A stretch of DNA of 64,000 nt from the human T2T-CHM13v2.0 reference genome, Homo sapiens. Below the pieces are notes generated by a model, which saw only the letters and a program-made list of their open reading frames with translations, was not told the origin of the DNA and did no database searches. Location: NCBI RefSeq assembly GCF_009914755.1, contig NC_060929.1; one strand, written 5' to 3'. The position numbers were made by a program, and so were the translations under genes. Below, piece by piece: positions 26,490 to 41,460 of this stretch (the first letter of the stretch is position 1; every line of letters starts with the position of its first letter).

Positions 26490-29307
26490 AAAAAGACATA
26501 GAGTGGCTGAAGAGATTTTTTTAACACCCAACAATCTATTGCCCACAGGAAAAACACTTCACCTACAAAGACACAGATAGACTGAAAATTAAGAGATGGA
26601 AAAAGATATTTCATGCAAGTGGAAACCAAAAAAGAGGAGGAGTATCTACACTTACTTTAGACAAAAATAAATCTCAAAACAAATCTATAAAAGAGACAAA
26701 GAAGGTGATACTATAATGACAAAGGGGTCAATCAGCAAGAACATATAACAATTATAAATATATATGCACCTAACATTAGAGCACCCAGATATATAAAGAA
26801 AATATTACTGGAGCTAAAAATAGAGGAAGAACCCAATACAATAATTAGCTGCAGACTTTCAGCATTGGGCAGATCATCCAGACAGAAAATCGACAAAGAA
26901 ACTTCAGACTTAATCTGCACTATAGACCAAATGGAATTAATAGATATTTACAGAATATTTTATCCAATGACTGAAGAATACAAATTGTACTCCTCAGCAC
27001 ATGAATCACCCTCAAGAATAAACTCTGTATTAGGCCACAAAACAACTCTTTAAAAAATTTAAAAAAAATAATAATATCGAGTATCTTCCCTGACCACAAT
27101 GGAATAAAACTAAAAATCAATAACAAGAGGAATTTTGGAAACTATACAAACACATGGAAATTAAACAATATGTCCCTGAATGACCAGTGGGTCAATTAAG
27201 AAGTTGGGGGAAATTTAAGAATTTCTTAAATCAAATAATAATGGAAACACAACATACCAAAATCTACAAGATACAGCAAAAGCAGGGCTAAGAGGAAAGT
27301 TTACAGCTATAAACATCCACATCCAAAGAGTAAAAAAAAAAAAATTCAAATAAGCAACCTAATGATGCATCTTAAAGAACTAGAAAAGCAAGAGCAAACC
27401 AAACTCAAAGTTAGTAGAAGAAAAGAAATAATAAATATCAGAGCAGAAATAAATTGAAATGAAAAAAATACAAAAGGTCAACGAAAGGAGTTGGCTTTTT
27501 GAAAAGATAAACAAAATTGACAAACCTTTAGCCAGACAAACTAAGAAAAAAAAAGACCCAAATAAAGAAAATCAGGGATTAAAAAAGGAGACATTATAAC
27601 CAGTATGCAGAAATCCAGAAGATCATTAGAGGCTACTATGAATAACTATATGCCAATAAATTGGAAAACCTCAGCAAAAATGATGAATTTCTAGACACAT
27701 GCAATCTACCAAAATTGAACCATGAAGAAATCCAAAACAAGAACATACCAATAACAAACGACAAGATCAAAGCTATATTAAAAACCTCCCAACAAAGAAA
27801 AGCCCAGGTCCCAATTGCATTGCTACTGAGTTTTATCAAACATTTAAAGAAGAACTAATATCAATCCTACTCAAACTAATCCAAAAAATACAGGAGGAGG
27901 AAATACTTGAAAACTTATTGTCTAAAGTCAGTATTACCCTGATACCAAAATCAGACAAAGACACATCAAAAAAAAAAAAGAAAACTACAGGCCAGTATGT
28001 CTGACGAACATTGATGCAAAAATCCTCAAAAAAATCCAAGCACACCAAATTCAACAACATATTAAAATGATTGTTTGTCATTACCAGGTGGGGCTTATAC
28101 CTGGGATGCAAAGATGGTTCAACATATGCAAATCAATCAATGTGATACATCAGATCAACAGGATGAAGGACAAAAACCATATGATCATTTACATTGATGC
28201 TGAAAAACATTTAGCATTTGATAAAATTCAACATCCCTTCATGATAAAAACCCTCAAAAAACTGAGTAGAAAAGAAACATACCTTAATACAATCAAAGCC
28301 ATATATATCATACTGAATGGGGGAAAAACTGAAAGCCTTTCCTCTAGATCTAGAACATGACAAGGATGTCCACTTTCACCACTGTCATTCAACATAGTAC
28401 TGGAAGTCCTAGGTAAAGCAATTAGACAAGAGAAAGAAGGGCATCCAAATTGCAAAGGAAGAAGTCAAATTATCCTTGTTTGCAGATGACAGGATCTTAT
28501 ATTTGGAAAAAACTAAAGACTCCACCAAAAATCTCTTAGAACTGACAACAAATTCAGTAAAGTTGTGGAATACAAAATCAACATACAAAAATCAGTAGCA
28601 TTTCTATATGCTAACAGTGAACAATCTGAAAAAAGAAATTGAGGAATTAATCCCATTTTTAAAATAGCTACAAATAAAATTAAGCACCTAGGAGTCAATT
28701 TAACCAAATAAGTTAAATATCTCCACAATGAAAACTATAAAATATTGATGAAAGAAATTGAAGAGGACATAAAAAATTGTTCATGAATTGGAAAAATCAA
28801 TATTTTTAAAATGTCCATCCTACTCAAAGCAATCTACAGATTCAATGCAATCGCTATCAAAATACCAATGATAGTCTTCACAGAAATAGAAAAAACAATC
28901 CTAAAATGCAGATGGAACCAAAAAAGACCTAGCATGGCTAATGCTATCCTGAGTAAAAAGAACAAAACTGGAAGGATCACATGACCTGATTTCAAATTAC
29001 ATTACAATGCTATAGTAACCAAAACAGCATGCTAATCACATAAAAACAAACATATAGACGAATAGAACAGAGAGCCCAAAAACAAATCCATACATCTACA
29101 GTGAACTCATTTTTAACAAAGGTGCCAAGAACATTCATTGGCAGAAAGAGAATCTCTTCAATAAATAATGCTGGGAAAACTGCATATCCATATGCAGAAG
29201 ACTGAAACTAAAACCTCTGTCTCATAATATACAAAACTCAAATCAAAATAGATTAAAGACTTAAGTCTAAGACTTCAAACTATGAAACTGCTAAAGGAAA
29301 ACTTGGG

Positions 29308-29615
<308 letters not shown>

Positions 29616-30992
29616 TTAGAGCAAGAAAAGAGAAAAAAGAAAACATTGGAAAAACTCTTCAGGACATTGGGGTGGACAAAGATTACTTGAGCAATACCTC
29701 ACAAGCACAGGCAACCAAAGCAAAATAGACAAATGGAATCACAACAAATTAAAAAGCTTCTTCACAGCAAAGGATAAAATCAACTAAGTGAAGAGATGAC
29801 CCACAGAATGTGATAAAATCTTTGCACACTATCCATCTGAGAAGGGATTAATAATCAGAATGTATAAGGAGCTCAAACAACTCTATAGGAAGAAATCTAA
29901 TAATCTGACTTGAAAATGGGCAAATAACTGAGTAGCCATTTCTCAGAAGAAGACATATAAAGGGCAAACAAGCATATGGAAAGGTACTCAACACCACTGA
30001 TTGTCAGAAAAATGTAAATCAAAACTACAATGAGATCATTTCACCCAAGTTAAAATGGCTTTTATCCAAAAGATAGGTGATAACAAATGCTGATGAAGAT
30101 GTGGAGAAAAGGGAACCCTCATACACACTGTTGGTAGGAATGTAAATTGGCACAACCACTATGGAGAACAGATTGGAGGGTCCTCAAAAAACTAAAAATG
30201 GAACTACCATATGCTATTTCACTGCTAGGTATATACCCAAAAGAAAGGAAATCGGTGTATCAAAGAGATATCTTCACTCCCTTGTTTACTGCTGCACTAT
30301 TCACAATAGTCAAGATTTGGAAACAACCTATTTGTCCATAAACAGATGAATGGATAGGAAAAATGTAGAACATATATACAATGAAGTACTATTCAGTCAT
30401 AAAAAGAATGAGATCCTGTCATTTACGACACCATGGATGGAACCACAGGTCATTATGTTAAGTGAAATAAACCAAGCACAAAAAGAGAAACTTTATATGA
30501 TCTCACTTATTTGTAGGAACTAAAAATTCAAACATCTGAACTTACAGAGATAGAAAATAGAATGACGGTTACCAGAGGCTGGGAATCGTGGTGGGGGAGG
30601 AGTGGGGATGGTTAATGGGTACAAAAATATAATTAGATAGAATGAATAAGATCTAGTATTTGATAGTGCAACAGGGTGCTTACAGTCAACGATAATTTAT
30701 TGTACATTTTTAAATAACTGAAAGATTATAACTGGATTCTTTGTAACCAAAGAAATCATAATTGTTTCAGGTGATGGATATCTTATTTATCTTGATGTTA
30801 TTATGCATTGTATGCCTGTATCAAAATATCTCATGTACCTCAGAAATATACACACCTATGTATATATGTAAAATAAAAAATTAAAATATCTAAAAAAGCA
30901 AAATAAATTAAAAAACTATTTTCACATAGAGCTAAGGTTTTTCTAATCAAAGCTCAAAACCAGAAAGGAAAAAATTCTACTAAATAAAAACA

Positions 30993-31359
30993 TTTTTATT
31001 AATTTTTTTTATTTCCATAGGTTATTGGGGAACAGGTTGTGTTTACTTACATGAGTAAGTTCTTTAGTGGTGATTTGTGAGATTTTGGTACAACCATCAC
31101 CTGAGCAGTATACACTGCACCCAATTTGTGGTTTTTTATTCCTCACCCCCTTCCCCCTCTTTCCCACTGAGTCCCCAAAGTCCATTGTATCTTTCTTATG
31201 CCTTTGCATCCTCATAGCTTAGCTCCCACATATGAGTGAGTACTATGATGTTTATTTTTCCATTCCTTACTTACTTCACTTAGAATAACAGTCTCCAGTC
31301 TCATCCAGGTCGCTGCGAATGCCATTAATTCATTTCTTTTCATGGCTGGGTAGTATTCC

Positions 31360-31421
<62 letters not shown>

Positions 31422-34400
31422 AAACTGTGACATATATATGTGACATATATAGGTATATACCCAAAATATATATAGGTATATACTCATATATATGTGATAT
31501 ATATATATTTGTGACATATATATGTCACAGTTTCTTTATACACCCATTGATTAGTGGGCATTTGGGTTGGTTCCACGTTTTTGTAATTGCAAATTGTGCT
31601 GCTATAAACATGCATGTGCAAATGTCTTTTTCATATAATGACTTTTTTTCCTCTGGGTAGATACCCAGTAGTGGCATTGTTGTATCAAATGGATATATTT
31701 TTACTTCTTTAAGGAATCTCCACATTGTTTTCCATAGTGATTGTACTAGTTTACATTCCCACCAGCAGTGTAGAAGTGTTCCCTGTTCATCACATCCACG
31801 CCAACATCTATTTTTTTTATTTTTTTATTATGGCCATTCTTGAAGTAGTAAGGTGGTATCTCACTGTGGTTTTGATTTGCATTTCCATGATCATTAGTGA
31901 TGTTGAGCATTTTCTCATATGTTTGTTGGCCATTTGTATATCTTGTTTTGAGAATTGTTTATTCATGTTCTTAGCCCACTTTTTGATGGGATTGTTTGGT
32001 TTTTTCTTGTTAATTTGTTTGAGTTCATCATAGATTCTGGATATTAGTTATTTGTCAGATAGATTGTAAAGATTTTCTCCCACTCTGTGGGTTGTCTGTT
32101 TACTCAGCTGACTGTTCCTTTTGCTCTGCAAAAGCTCTTTAGTTTAATTAAGTCCCAGCTATTTATCTTTGTTTTTATTGCATTTGCTATGGGTTCCTGG
32201 TCATGAAATCCTTGCCTAAGCCAATGTCTAGATGGGTTTTTCCAATGTTATCTTCTAGAATTTTTACAGTTTGAGGTCTTAGATTTAAGTCCTTGATCCA
32301 TCTTGAGTTGATTTTTGTACAAGGTGAGAGATGAGAATCCAATTTCATTCTCCTACATGTGGCTTGCCAATTATCCCACCCCCATTTGTTGAATAGGGTG
32401 TCTTTTTCCCCACTTTGTATTTTTGTTTGCTTTGTCAAAGATCAGTTGGCTGTAAGTATTTGGGTTTATTTCTGAGTTCTCTATTCTGTTCCATTGTTCT
32501 ATGTGCCTATTTTTATGCAGGTACCATGCTGTTTTGGTGACTATGGCCTTAGAGTATAGTTTGAAATCAGGTAATGTGATGCCTCCAGTTCTGCTTTAGC
32601 TAGTCCAGATTTTCTTTAGCTATGAGACTCTTTTTTAGTTCCATATGAATTTTAGGGTTTTTTTTTCTAATTCTGTGAAGAATGAAGGTGATATTTTGAT
32701 GGGAATTGCTTGAAAATTGCAAAATTGTAAAAGGGGTTGAGTTCTTGATTTGGTTGCTGTTGGTGTATAGAAGAGCTACTGATTTATGTACATTAATTCT
32801 GTATCCAGAAACTTTGCTGAATTTTTTTTTATCAGTTCTAGGGGCTTTCTGGAGGAGTCTTTAGGGTTTTCTAGGTAAACAATCATATCATCAGCAAACA
32901 GCGACAGTTTGACTTCCTCTATACCGATTTGGATGCCCTTTATTTGTTTCTCTTTCCTGATTGCTCAGGCTAGAATTTCCAATACTGTGTTGAAGAAGAG
33001 TGGTAAGAGTGAACATCCTTGTCTTGTTCCAGTTCTCAGAGGAAATTCTTTCAACTTTTCCCTATTCGGTATTATGTTGGCTGTGGGTTTGTCATAGACA
33101 GCTTTTATTACATTGAGGTATGTCCCTTGTATGCAGATTTTGCTGAGAATTTTACTCATGATGGGATGATGGATTTTGTCGAATGCTTTTTCTGCTTCTA
33201 TTGAAATGGTCATGTGATTTTTTTTTTATTCAGTTTATGTGGTGTATCACATTTATTGACTTGCATATGTTAAACCATCCCTGTGTCCCTGGTGTGAAAC
33301 CCACTTGATCATGGTGGATTATCTTTTTGATATGTTATTGGATTTGGTGAGCTAGCATTTTATTAAGGATTTTAGCATCTATGTTCATCAGGGAAATTGG
33401 TCTGTAGTTTTATTTTTTGGTTATGTTTTTTCCTGGTTTTGGTATTAGGGTTATACTAGCTTCATAGAATGATTTAGGTAGGGTTCCCTCTGTCTTTATC
33501 TTTGGCATAGTGTCAATAGGATTGGTACCAATTCTTCTTTGAATGTCTGGTAGAATTCTGCTGTTAATCCATCTGGGTCTGGACTTTTTTATGTTGGTAA
33601 TTTTTTTATTACCATTTAATCTCACTGCTTGTTATTGGTCTGTTCAGAGAATCTGATTCTTCCTGACTTAAGCTACGACAGTTGTATCTTTCCAGGAATT
33701 ATCCATCTCCTCTAGGATTTCTAGTTTATGCACATAAGGGTTGAATGATGTTTTGTATTTCTGTGGTGTCAGTTGTAATATCTCTCATTTCATTTCTAAC
33801 TGAGCTTATTTGAAGTTTCTCTCTTTTCTTGGTTAATCTTGCTAATGGTCTATCAATTTTATTTATCTTTTCAAAGAACCAGCTTTTTGTTTCACTTTTG
33901 TATTTTTGTTCGTTTGTTTCAATTTCATTTAGTTCTGCTCTGATCTTAGTTATTTCCTTTATTCCGCTGGGTTTGGGTTTGGTTTGTTCTTGTTTCTTTA
34001 GTTCCTTGAGGTATGACTTTAGATTGTCTGTGCTCCTTCAGACTTTTTGATGAAGGTGTTTCGGGCTATGAACTTACCCCTTAGTACCACCTTTTCTGTA
34101 TCACAGAGGTTTTGATAGGTTGTGTCGCCATGGTCATTCAATTCAAAGAATTTTTTAATTTCCCTCCTGATTTCGTTTTTGACCCAATAATCAGAAGCAG
34201 GTTACTTAATTTCCATGTATTTGCATGGTTTTGAAGGTTCCTTTTGTAGTTGATTCTCAGTTTTATTCCACTGTGGTCTGACAGAGTGCTTGATATAATT
34301 TTAATTTTCTCAAATTTATTGAGGCTTGTTTTGCAGCCTCTCATATGATCTACCTTGGAGAAAGTTCCATGTGCTGTTGAATAGAACGTATATTCTGCAG

Positions 34401-37400
34401 TTGTTCAGTAGAATGTTCTGTAAATATCTGTTAAGTCCATTTATTCCAGGGTATAGTTTAAATCCACTGTTTCTTTGTTGACTTTGTGTCTTGATGACCT
34501 GTCTAGTGGTGTCAGTGTAGTATTGAAGTCCCCCACTATTATTGTGTTGCCATCTATCTCATTTTTAGGTCTATTATTAATTGTTTTATACATTTGGGAG
34601 TGCCAGTGTTAGGTGCATATATATTAAGGGTTGTGATATTTTCCTGTTGGACAAGGCCTTTTATCATTACATAATGACCCTTTGTCTTTTTTAACTGTTG
34701 TTGCTTTAAACTTTGTTTTGTCTGATAAAAGAATAGCTACTCCTGCTCGTTTTTGGTGTCCATTTGCATGGAATGTCTTTTTCCATCCCTTTTTCTTAAG
34801 TTTATGTGAGTCCTTATGTGTTAGATGTGTCTCTTGAAGGAAGCAGATGGTTGGTTGGTGAATTCTTTTCCATTCTGCAATATGTGTCTTTTAAGTGGAG
34901 CATTTAGGCCATTTACATTCAACACTGGTATTGAGATGTGAAGTACCGTTCCATTCATCATGCTATTTGTTGCCCATATACCTTGGTTTCTTGTTTTGGG
35001 GGGGTTCTATTAATTGTATTTTTGTTTTATAGGTCCTGTGAGATTTATGCTTTAAAGAAGATCTGTTTTGGTGTGTTTCCAGGATTTGTTTTAAGATTTA
35101 GAGTTCCTTTTAGGAGTTCTTGTAGTGCTGGCTTGGTAGTGGCGAATTCTCTCAGCATTTGTTTGTCTAAGAAAGACTATATCTTTCCTTCGTTTATGAA
35201 GCTTAGTTTCACTTGGTACAAAATTCTTGGCTGAGAATTGTTTCATTCGAGGAGGCTGAAGATAGGGCCCCAATTCCTTCTAACTAGTAAGATTTTTGCT
35301 GAGAAATCTGCTGTTAAACTGATAGGTTTTCCTTTATAGGTTATTGGGTGTTTTTGCCTGACAGCTCTTAAGATTCTTTTTTTCATCTTACCTTTAGATA
35401 ACCTGATGACAATGTGCCTAGGTGATGATCTTTTTGTGATGAATTTCCAGATGTTGAGCTCCCTGTATTTGGATGTCTAGTTCTCTAGCTAGGCCAGGGA
35501 AACTTTCCTCAATTATTCCCCGAATGTATTTTCCAAACTTTTAGATTTCTCATCTTTCTCAGGAACACTGATTATTCTTAGGTTTGGTCATTTAAAATAT
35601 TCCCAGATTTCTTGGAGGTCTTGTTCATATTTTCTTATTCTTTTTCCTTTGTCTTTGTTGAATTGGGTTACTTTGAAAACCTTGTCTTCAAGCTCTGAAG
35701 TTCTTTCTTCTGCTTATTCATTTCTATTGCTGAGACTTTCCAGAGCATTTTGCATTTCTGTAAGTGCGTCCATTGTTTCCTGAAATTTTGATTGTTTTTT
35801 ATTTATGCTATCTATTTCATTAACTATTTCTCCCTTCACTTCTTGTATCGTTTTTTGGATTTCCTTACATTGGGCTTCCCCTTTCTCTGGTGCCTTCCTG
35901 ATTTGCTTAATAACTAACCTTCTGAATTTTTTTTCAGGTAGAGCAGGGATTTCTTCTTGGTTTGGATCCATTGCTGGTGAGCTAGTGTCATTTTTGGGTG
36001 GTGGTAAAGAACCCTGTTTTGTCATATTACCAGAGCTGATTTTCTGGCTCCTTCTCATTTGGGTAGGCTTTGTCAGGGGGAAGGTCTAGGGCTCAAGGTT
36101 CCTTTCGTCCCACAGGGTGTTTCCTTGATGTAGTGCTCTTCCCCTTTTTCTAGAGATCTGGCTTCCTGAGAGCCAAGCTGTAGAGATTGTTATCTCTCTA
36201 CTGGATCTAGCCTCCCAGCAAGTCTACCAGGCTCTGGGCTGGTACTGGGGGTTGTCTGCACAGAGTCCTGTGATGTGAAACACCTGTGGGTCTCTCAGCC
36301 ATGGATTCTGGCACTTGCTCCAGGTGGATGTGGCAGGGGGTATAATGGACTCTGTGAGGGTCCTTAGTTTTGATTAGTGGACTATTTTTGTGCTGGTTGG
36401 CCTCCTGCCAGGAGGTGGCACTTTCAAGAGAGCATCAGCTGTGGTAGTACAGGAGGAAGGGGCAGTGGGCAGGGCCCTAGAACTCCCAAGAGTATATGCC
36501 CTTTGTCTTCAATTACCAGGGTGGTGAGGGAAGGACCATTAGGTGGCGACAGGACTAGGCGTGTCTGAGCTCAGACTCTACTGGGTGGGTCTTGCTGCAG
36601 TTGCTGTGGAGGATGGAGGTGTGGTTCCTAAGTCAATAGAGTTATGTTCTTAGGAGGATTATGACTGCCTCTGCAGTGTCATGCGGGTTGTCAGGGAAGT
36701 GGGGGAAAAGCTGGCAGTCACAGGCCTCACCCAACCCAGCTCCCAAGCAACCCAAAGGGCCAGTCTCACTCCCACCATGCCCACCCCCACAACAGCACCA
36801 AGTCTGTTTCCAGGTAGTGGGCAAACAGGAAGTTACCCCAGGCTACCCACCTCCCAGCTGCAAAAGTAAGTAGGGCATTCCTTCTTCCCCTGCCTGTGGA
36901 GTCTGTACGCCAGATTCACCCCCTCCCCAGAGTTCTGGCCAGGAGACTTCTCGATTGGTTCAAATTGTTACAAAGTTCAGCTGGAGGTTTCCTTCTCCCT
37001 GTGGCCTTTTCCCAGTGCCTCTGGCAGCCCTCCTCAAGGACACCTGTGAGGCGAGGCAGAAAGGGCCTTCTAGGGGATCCAGCAAGCCCGCAGGGATTTT
37101 CCTGCTGCTTCCTGTACCCCTGTATTTCTCTCAGTTCTCTAAACTGACCCAGCTCCAAGTAAGGTAAGAATCTTCTCCTGTCATCTAGACCTTCAGGGTT
37201 CCCCAGTGGGGGTGTGTGTTTGGGGGCAGACGATCTCCCTTTCCCACTTCCACAGTTTGGGCACTCACAGTATTTGGGGTGTTTCCTGGGTCCTTTAGGA
37301 GCAGTCGGCTTCCTTCAGAGGCTCTGTAGGTTCTCTTGGCTTTCCTAACGTATTCCTGCAATCGTTCTGAAGCAAAAGTTCATGATGTGAGCCTCCACAC

Positions 37401-37470
37401 ACTGTTTTGTCCGTTCAAGTGGCTGCAATCTAGTCCTGCCTCCTGTTTGCCATAATCTCCAGCTGTATCT
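30993..37470 (-). mobile_element. Near full-length LINE-1 (L1PB1-like)
   Basis: L1PB1-type 3' end (ATTTCCATAGGTTATTGGGGAACAGG) and ORF2 fragments ([25 protein letters not shown]). ORF1 N-terminus 35714-36058 (MRRSQKISSGNMTKQGSLPPPK). The 5' end reads ATGGCAAACAGGAGGCAGGACTAGATTGCAGC on the minus strand. Confidence 0.92.
31362..31530. repeat. (TG)n microsatellite of about 28 units followed by a degenerate (TA)-rich tract
   Basis: Uninterrupted TG run at 31362-31418, then TA/CA mixed repeats inside the L1PB 3' region. Confidence 0.95.
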
Positions 37471-37940
37471 CAAAACTTTTTATATAGTGTTATAAAGAGT
37501 TTTTAATGGTCAAAAAAACTTAATCAAAGTTGAAAGACAAATGACATATTGAGAAAAAAATCTTCAACCAATAAAGGATACATTTCTTCAATATATAAAG
37601 TGATTTCATAAATCTATAACGAAAAACACCAAGGACCCAATTTTTAACATGGGTGAAAGATATGAGCAAACCTTTGTCTCTCTCTCTCTCACTCTCTCTC
37701 TGTCTGTCTCTCACACACACATGTGCGTGCACACGCATGCATATGTATAAATATGCATAATTAAAGATATATAAATTAAAATAAGAGTAATACACCTTTT
37801 AACCTATCTGACAAAGACTTAACATTTTCTAATACACACTGTTAGTGAAGGAATAAACAAATAGCCATTCATATATTGTTGATTAGAGTATAAATTATTA
37901 CAGACATCTTAGAAGTCAATTTGTTACTATCAAATTTGCA
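37471..37940 (+). mobile_element. Ancient L1ME-like host fragment (other pieces at about 20100-20507 and 30916-30992)
   Basis: Decayed ORF2 3' motifs (AAAGACAAATGACA, GGGTGAAAGATATGAGC) that read as a continuation across the two younger L1 insertions. Confidence 0.55.
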
Positions 37941-37942
37941 AA

Positions 37943-38525
37943 TACAATTGATTCTCATTCTCAGTACTTATGATCTGTAAAGTCTCCAGAAACATTGAAT
38001 TGGCAAATATTAAATCATTGCTCCTAGCAGAAATACTGAATAAATCGCCCCTAGGGCTAGATTTCTGCTAGTGTCTGGTCACCACCATTTTATCAACTCA
38101 CTGGTCAATATACAGCCTTCTTTTACATGTGTTTCTGTTTAAAGCACCTTATTGAATATACATTGTTGACTCATTAACACTGAACTCATGGCCAACAGGA
38201 GTGGAACTCATGCCTGAACTAAGTTTATCTAATGCATCTATTTTCTCCACAAGGCACATCAGAGACTTCCTATGACTGGGAACACTAGGCCACACTCTAC
38301 CACTATGCTTGGGGCCACTTTAAACAGTAAAATCACCTCCAAAACACAAAAATGAGGAAAACATGGCACTAAATAGACCCTGAAAAGGACTCTTGTTTCC
38401 AGTATAAGAGCTGGAACAAGAAGGTAGAGCAAGCCCAGCTGCAAACAAGCACATCGAGCAACTCAAATATGTTGCTGCTCTGTGCATATCCACAGATGAC
38501 CATGAGAGCACAGCAAGTATTGGCT
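37943..38525 (+). mobile_element. MER82-like Tigger-family DNA transposon
   Basis: TA+CA..TGATTCTCATT start, CATTGCTCCTAG, GAACTCATGGCCAACAG, ACATGGCACTAAATAGACC. Confidence 0.7.
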
Positions 38526-38749
38526 TGTATCCATTAATTTATGGTAAATTTCTGTTAGAACATCCACACTTTAAGACTACAAAGTGGGACCAAGGGCCCA
38601 GGGTGGGGAGCTCACTTTCCATTCTTCTGCACTGTTTGGATTAAAAGAATAATCTAATGGGAACTGAATTGTTGACATGGCATTTGCGCAACACAACAAC
38701 TCTATTCTCTCCTTGGCTGAAAAGAGAACTAAGAACAGAACTTTCCCAT

Positions 38750-39200
38750 GATTAAAAGATTGCAAAGAAGGGGAGAAAGCAGAAAATTTGAGTAAGCAGG
38801 AAATGAAGGAGGAAAATCAAGAGTTTGCAGAAGCCAGGTGAATTAACTGCGTCATGTGATGCTGCTAAGTCAAATAAAATACAGAGTGAAAATTAACCAC
38901 AGGATTTAGCAATGTGGAAGTTACAGATGCCTTTATTGAGATCAGTTTTAGTGGAGTGATGGAAACAAGAAAACCTGGATTGTAGTAAGATTAAGGGAGA
39001 ATGGAAGGAGAACTGGAAATAATAAAAATAGGCAATGCTTTCAATTTGCCAAGAAAAGCAAAGAAATGGTGTGGCAGTAACAGGGAAAGTGAAATCAAGA
39101 AAAGAGTTTTATTCAGATGTGAGGAATAATATGTTTATAAGCCGATGAGAATGATCCATAAAGAGAAAAATAAAAATTGTGTGAGAGTAGGCAGAATGTC
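38750..39200 (-). mobile_element. L2 fragment
   Basis: GATGCTGCT..GGATTTAGCAATGTGGAAGTTA..CAGTTTTAGTGGAGTGATGG motifs. Confidence 0.65.
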
Positions 39201-41019
39201 TAGAACAACTAAATGAAGACCAGTGACACAATAAACAATAAACAAGTAACTACCAAGCCTTAAAACAATTTGATGTCTAATTTTTGCTTGTTCTTCTCCT
39301 AGCACAGTCCTTTAGGAAGACCACAGAATTGAGGAGACAGGATCATTACCTCGAATCTGAGGAATATGAAACTGTTTCCTGATGGAGCAAGAGCACAGTC
39401 CAACAGAAAAAACTAGAAATATATTCTGTAACAAGCTTAATAAGATGCAAACAAGGACATTAAAAATATGTTAGGCTCTTTCCAATTACGATGAGATACA
39501 CGAATTTACCTGAGTAGGTACGATTTATTGTAAGGACAAGAGAAAGAAGATGAGACAGAAAACATTTTCAAACGGTACACAGCTGGACTGTTGGAAAACT
39601 GAATTTTTTTTTAAGATCACAGAAGTTGTAGTGTCTTATCCATCCATTCTCATCCTCTGCTTAGTACTTCCACTACGGCACACCTGTGGCAGCTTATCTC
39701 CTGTCTGTTTCCCCTATACTGTGTCTACTTCCCCTGCCATGGTTAATATCCTCTCTCCAGTCTCCTTCTTGCTATCACATGAGGCATCCTTATTCCTTTC
39801 CTTCTGGGAGTTCCCTTTACCCAGCCCCTTGAATGCATGTGTGTGTCTATAAGTGTGTGCCATTCAGACTTTTAAAGTGCAATTGAGTAATCCTTACATG
39901 ACTCCTTTTATCAAGCCCTTGAACCTGCTTGCCTCAGTAACCATGGCAAGTCCAGATGGCTGCCTTAGGATCAGATGTAAACCTTGGAGAAACCAGCTGT
40001 GGCCAGTATGTCAAGTTTAAGCAGACAAATGAAGGTGACCTGTGGGTAAGAAAATGTATATGGACTGTTCTTTAAGTAAGGTTGGGGGTATGACAGCTTG
40101 GGATTGTTGGAGAGAGTTAGACACTAACAATGTCACATGGAGAATTACTGCTAGGAAGAGCAGGGGAAAGAAAGCAGTCAAAATTCTCCTTAGGCTGACT
40201 CTGGCACACTGCCTAAGAGTTAGCCCTGCTCTGGAAGGAACAGAAAAAAAAAAAAGAAAAAAGAAAGTCTCCTTCACTATAACAAGCAATGGAAGACTCA
40301 CATTTATTAATAGAGAAAATAGTTGTATATAATACTCTCTTTTAAAAGTAGAATGATTTCATAAGTCTCATGAAGGCCTGCTTTGTACAAATTGGTGGTA
40401 ACAAGCTCTAGACTGCTATTTTTTTAAATCATTTTGTGTGTATGCATTTTTCATAAGCAATCTGAATTTTGGAAATTTGGAGGATATATATACATGTCGC
40501 AATAGTGGTGGTTCACAGTTCATCAAGAATACATCTGCTAAGTATGCTTGAACCCTTTTCAGATTTTAAGGCCCCTGGAACCAGCCCCAGGGAGTAGATC
40601 CAAGGTGGCGTATCCTCAGGAAGAGAAAAAATAATACTCCAATCTGCCCTTTGGAGAAAAGAGAAAGCTAAGAAAGAGGCTGGAGACAAAAAAGTTACAA
40701 CAGAGGTAGAAAAAAAAATTAGAGAATCTAGAGAGAGAAACAATGATAAAAATGTAGGGCAAGATAAGAAAATAAAATGAAAGGGGCAGAAACTGAAAAA
40801 GAGAGTACATTAATAACCTATTCAGAAAATATTTAAAATCCTGATAATAGCTCATGAGGGGAAAGCATTTGCATAGACCTCTTAGTAAAGTATGAAGTAA
40901 AATAATTTTTGTAAGGAAAATTTGGAAGCACCGGTCAAAAATTTAAATTATATTTGCATATATCCAAAACTTTCAGAACTCTCCATGAGTGAAGATTAGA
41001 ATGGGTTGCAAATGTGGAA

Positions 41020-41460
41020 AAAGTAGAATGTGTGATTTAAACAGTACAGAACTTTCTGTCTTTCTCATCTACTGGTCTGGAGGTAAGAAAGCCAAGACTG
41101 CCCTGGTGGTTCTGGCCCATGATGTCCTGAAAGATCTAGGTCATTATCAGCTCTTCCCTAAGATACAACTCTCATGCTTATGGTCCAAGGAACTACTCAC
41201 ATTTCAGGCAGCAGGACAGAGGAACAAATGAAGAAAAGAGGAGCAGCGTGCACGTGCCATTTGTCTCTGAAAAAAAATGTTTCTCGAAATTGGTACAAAA
41301 TACTTCCGTTAGCAATCCACTGTCCATAATTTAGTTATGTGGCCATAAAAAGAAACAAAGCAGGCTGGGAAATGAAGTCTTCATTCTGGACAACTATATG
41401 TCCCACTAAAAGTTCTAAAAGAGTAGAAAAGGGGGAAAAATATTAGGAACAGCCAGCTAT
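41020..41460 (-). mobile_element. Old MLT1 (J/K-like) LTR fragment
   Basis: CACATTTCAGGCAGCAGGA..TTAGTTATGTGGCCA..GGCTGGGAAATGAAGTCTT. Confidence 0.55.
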
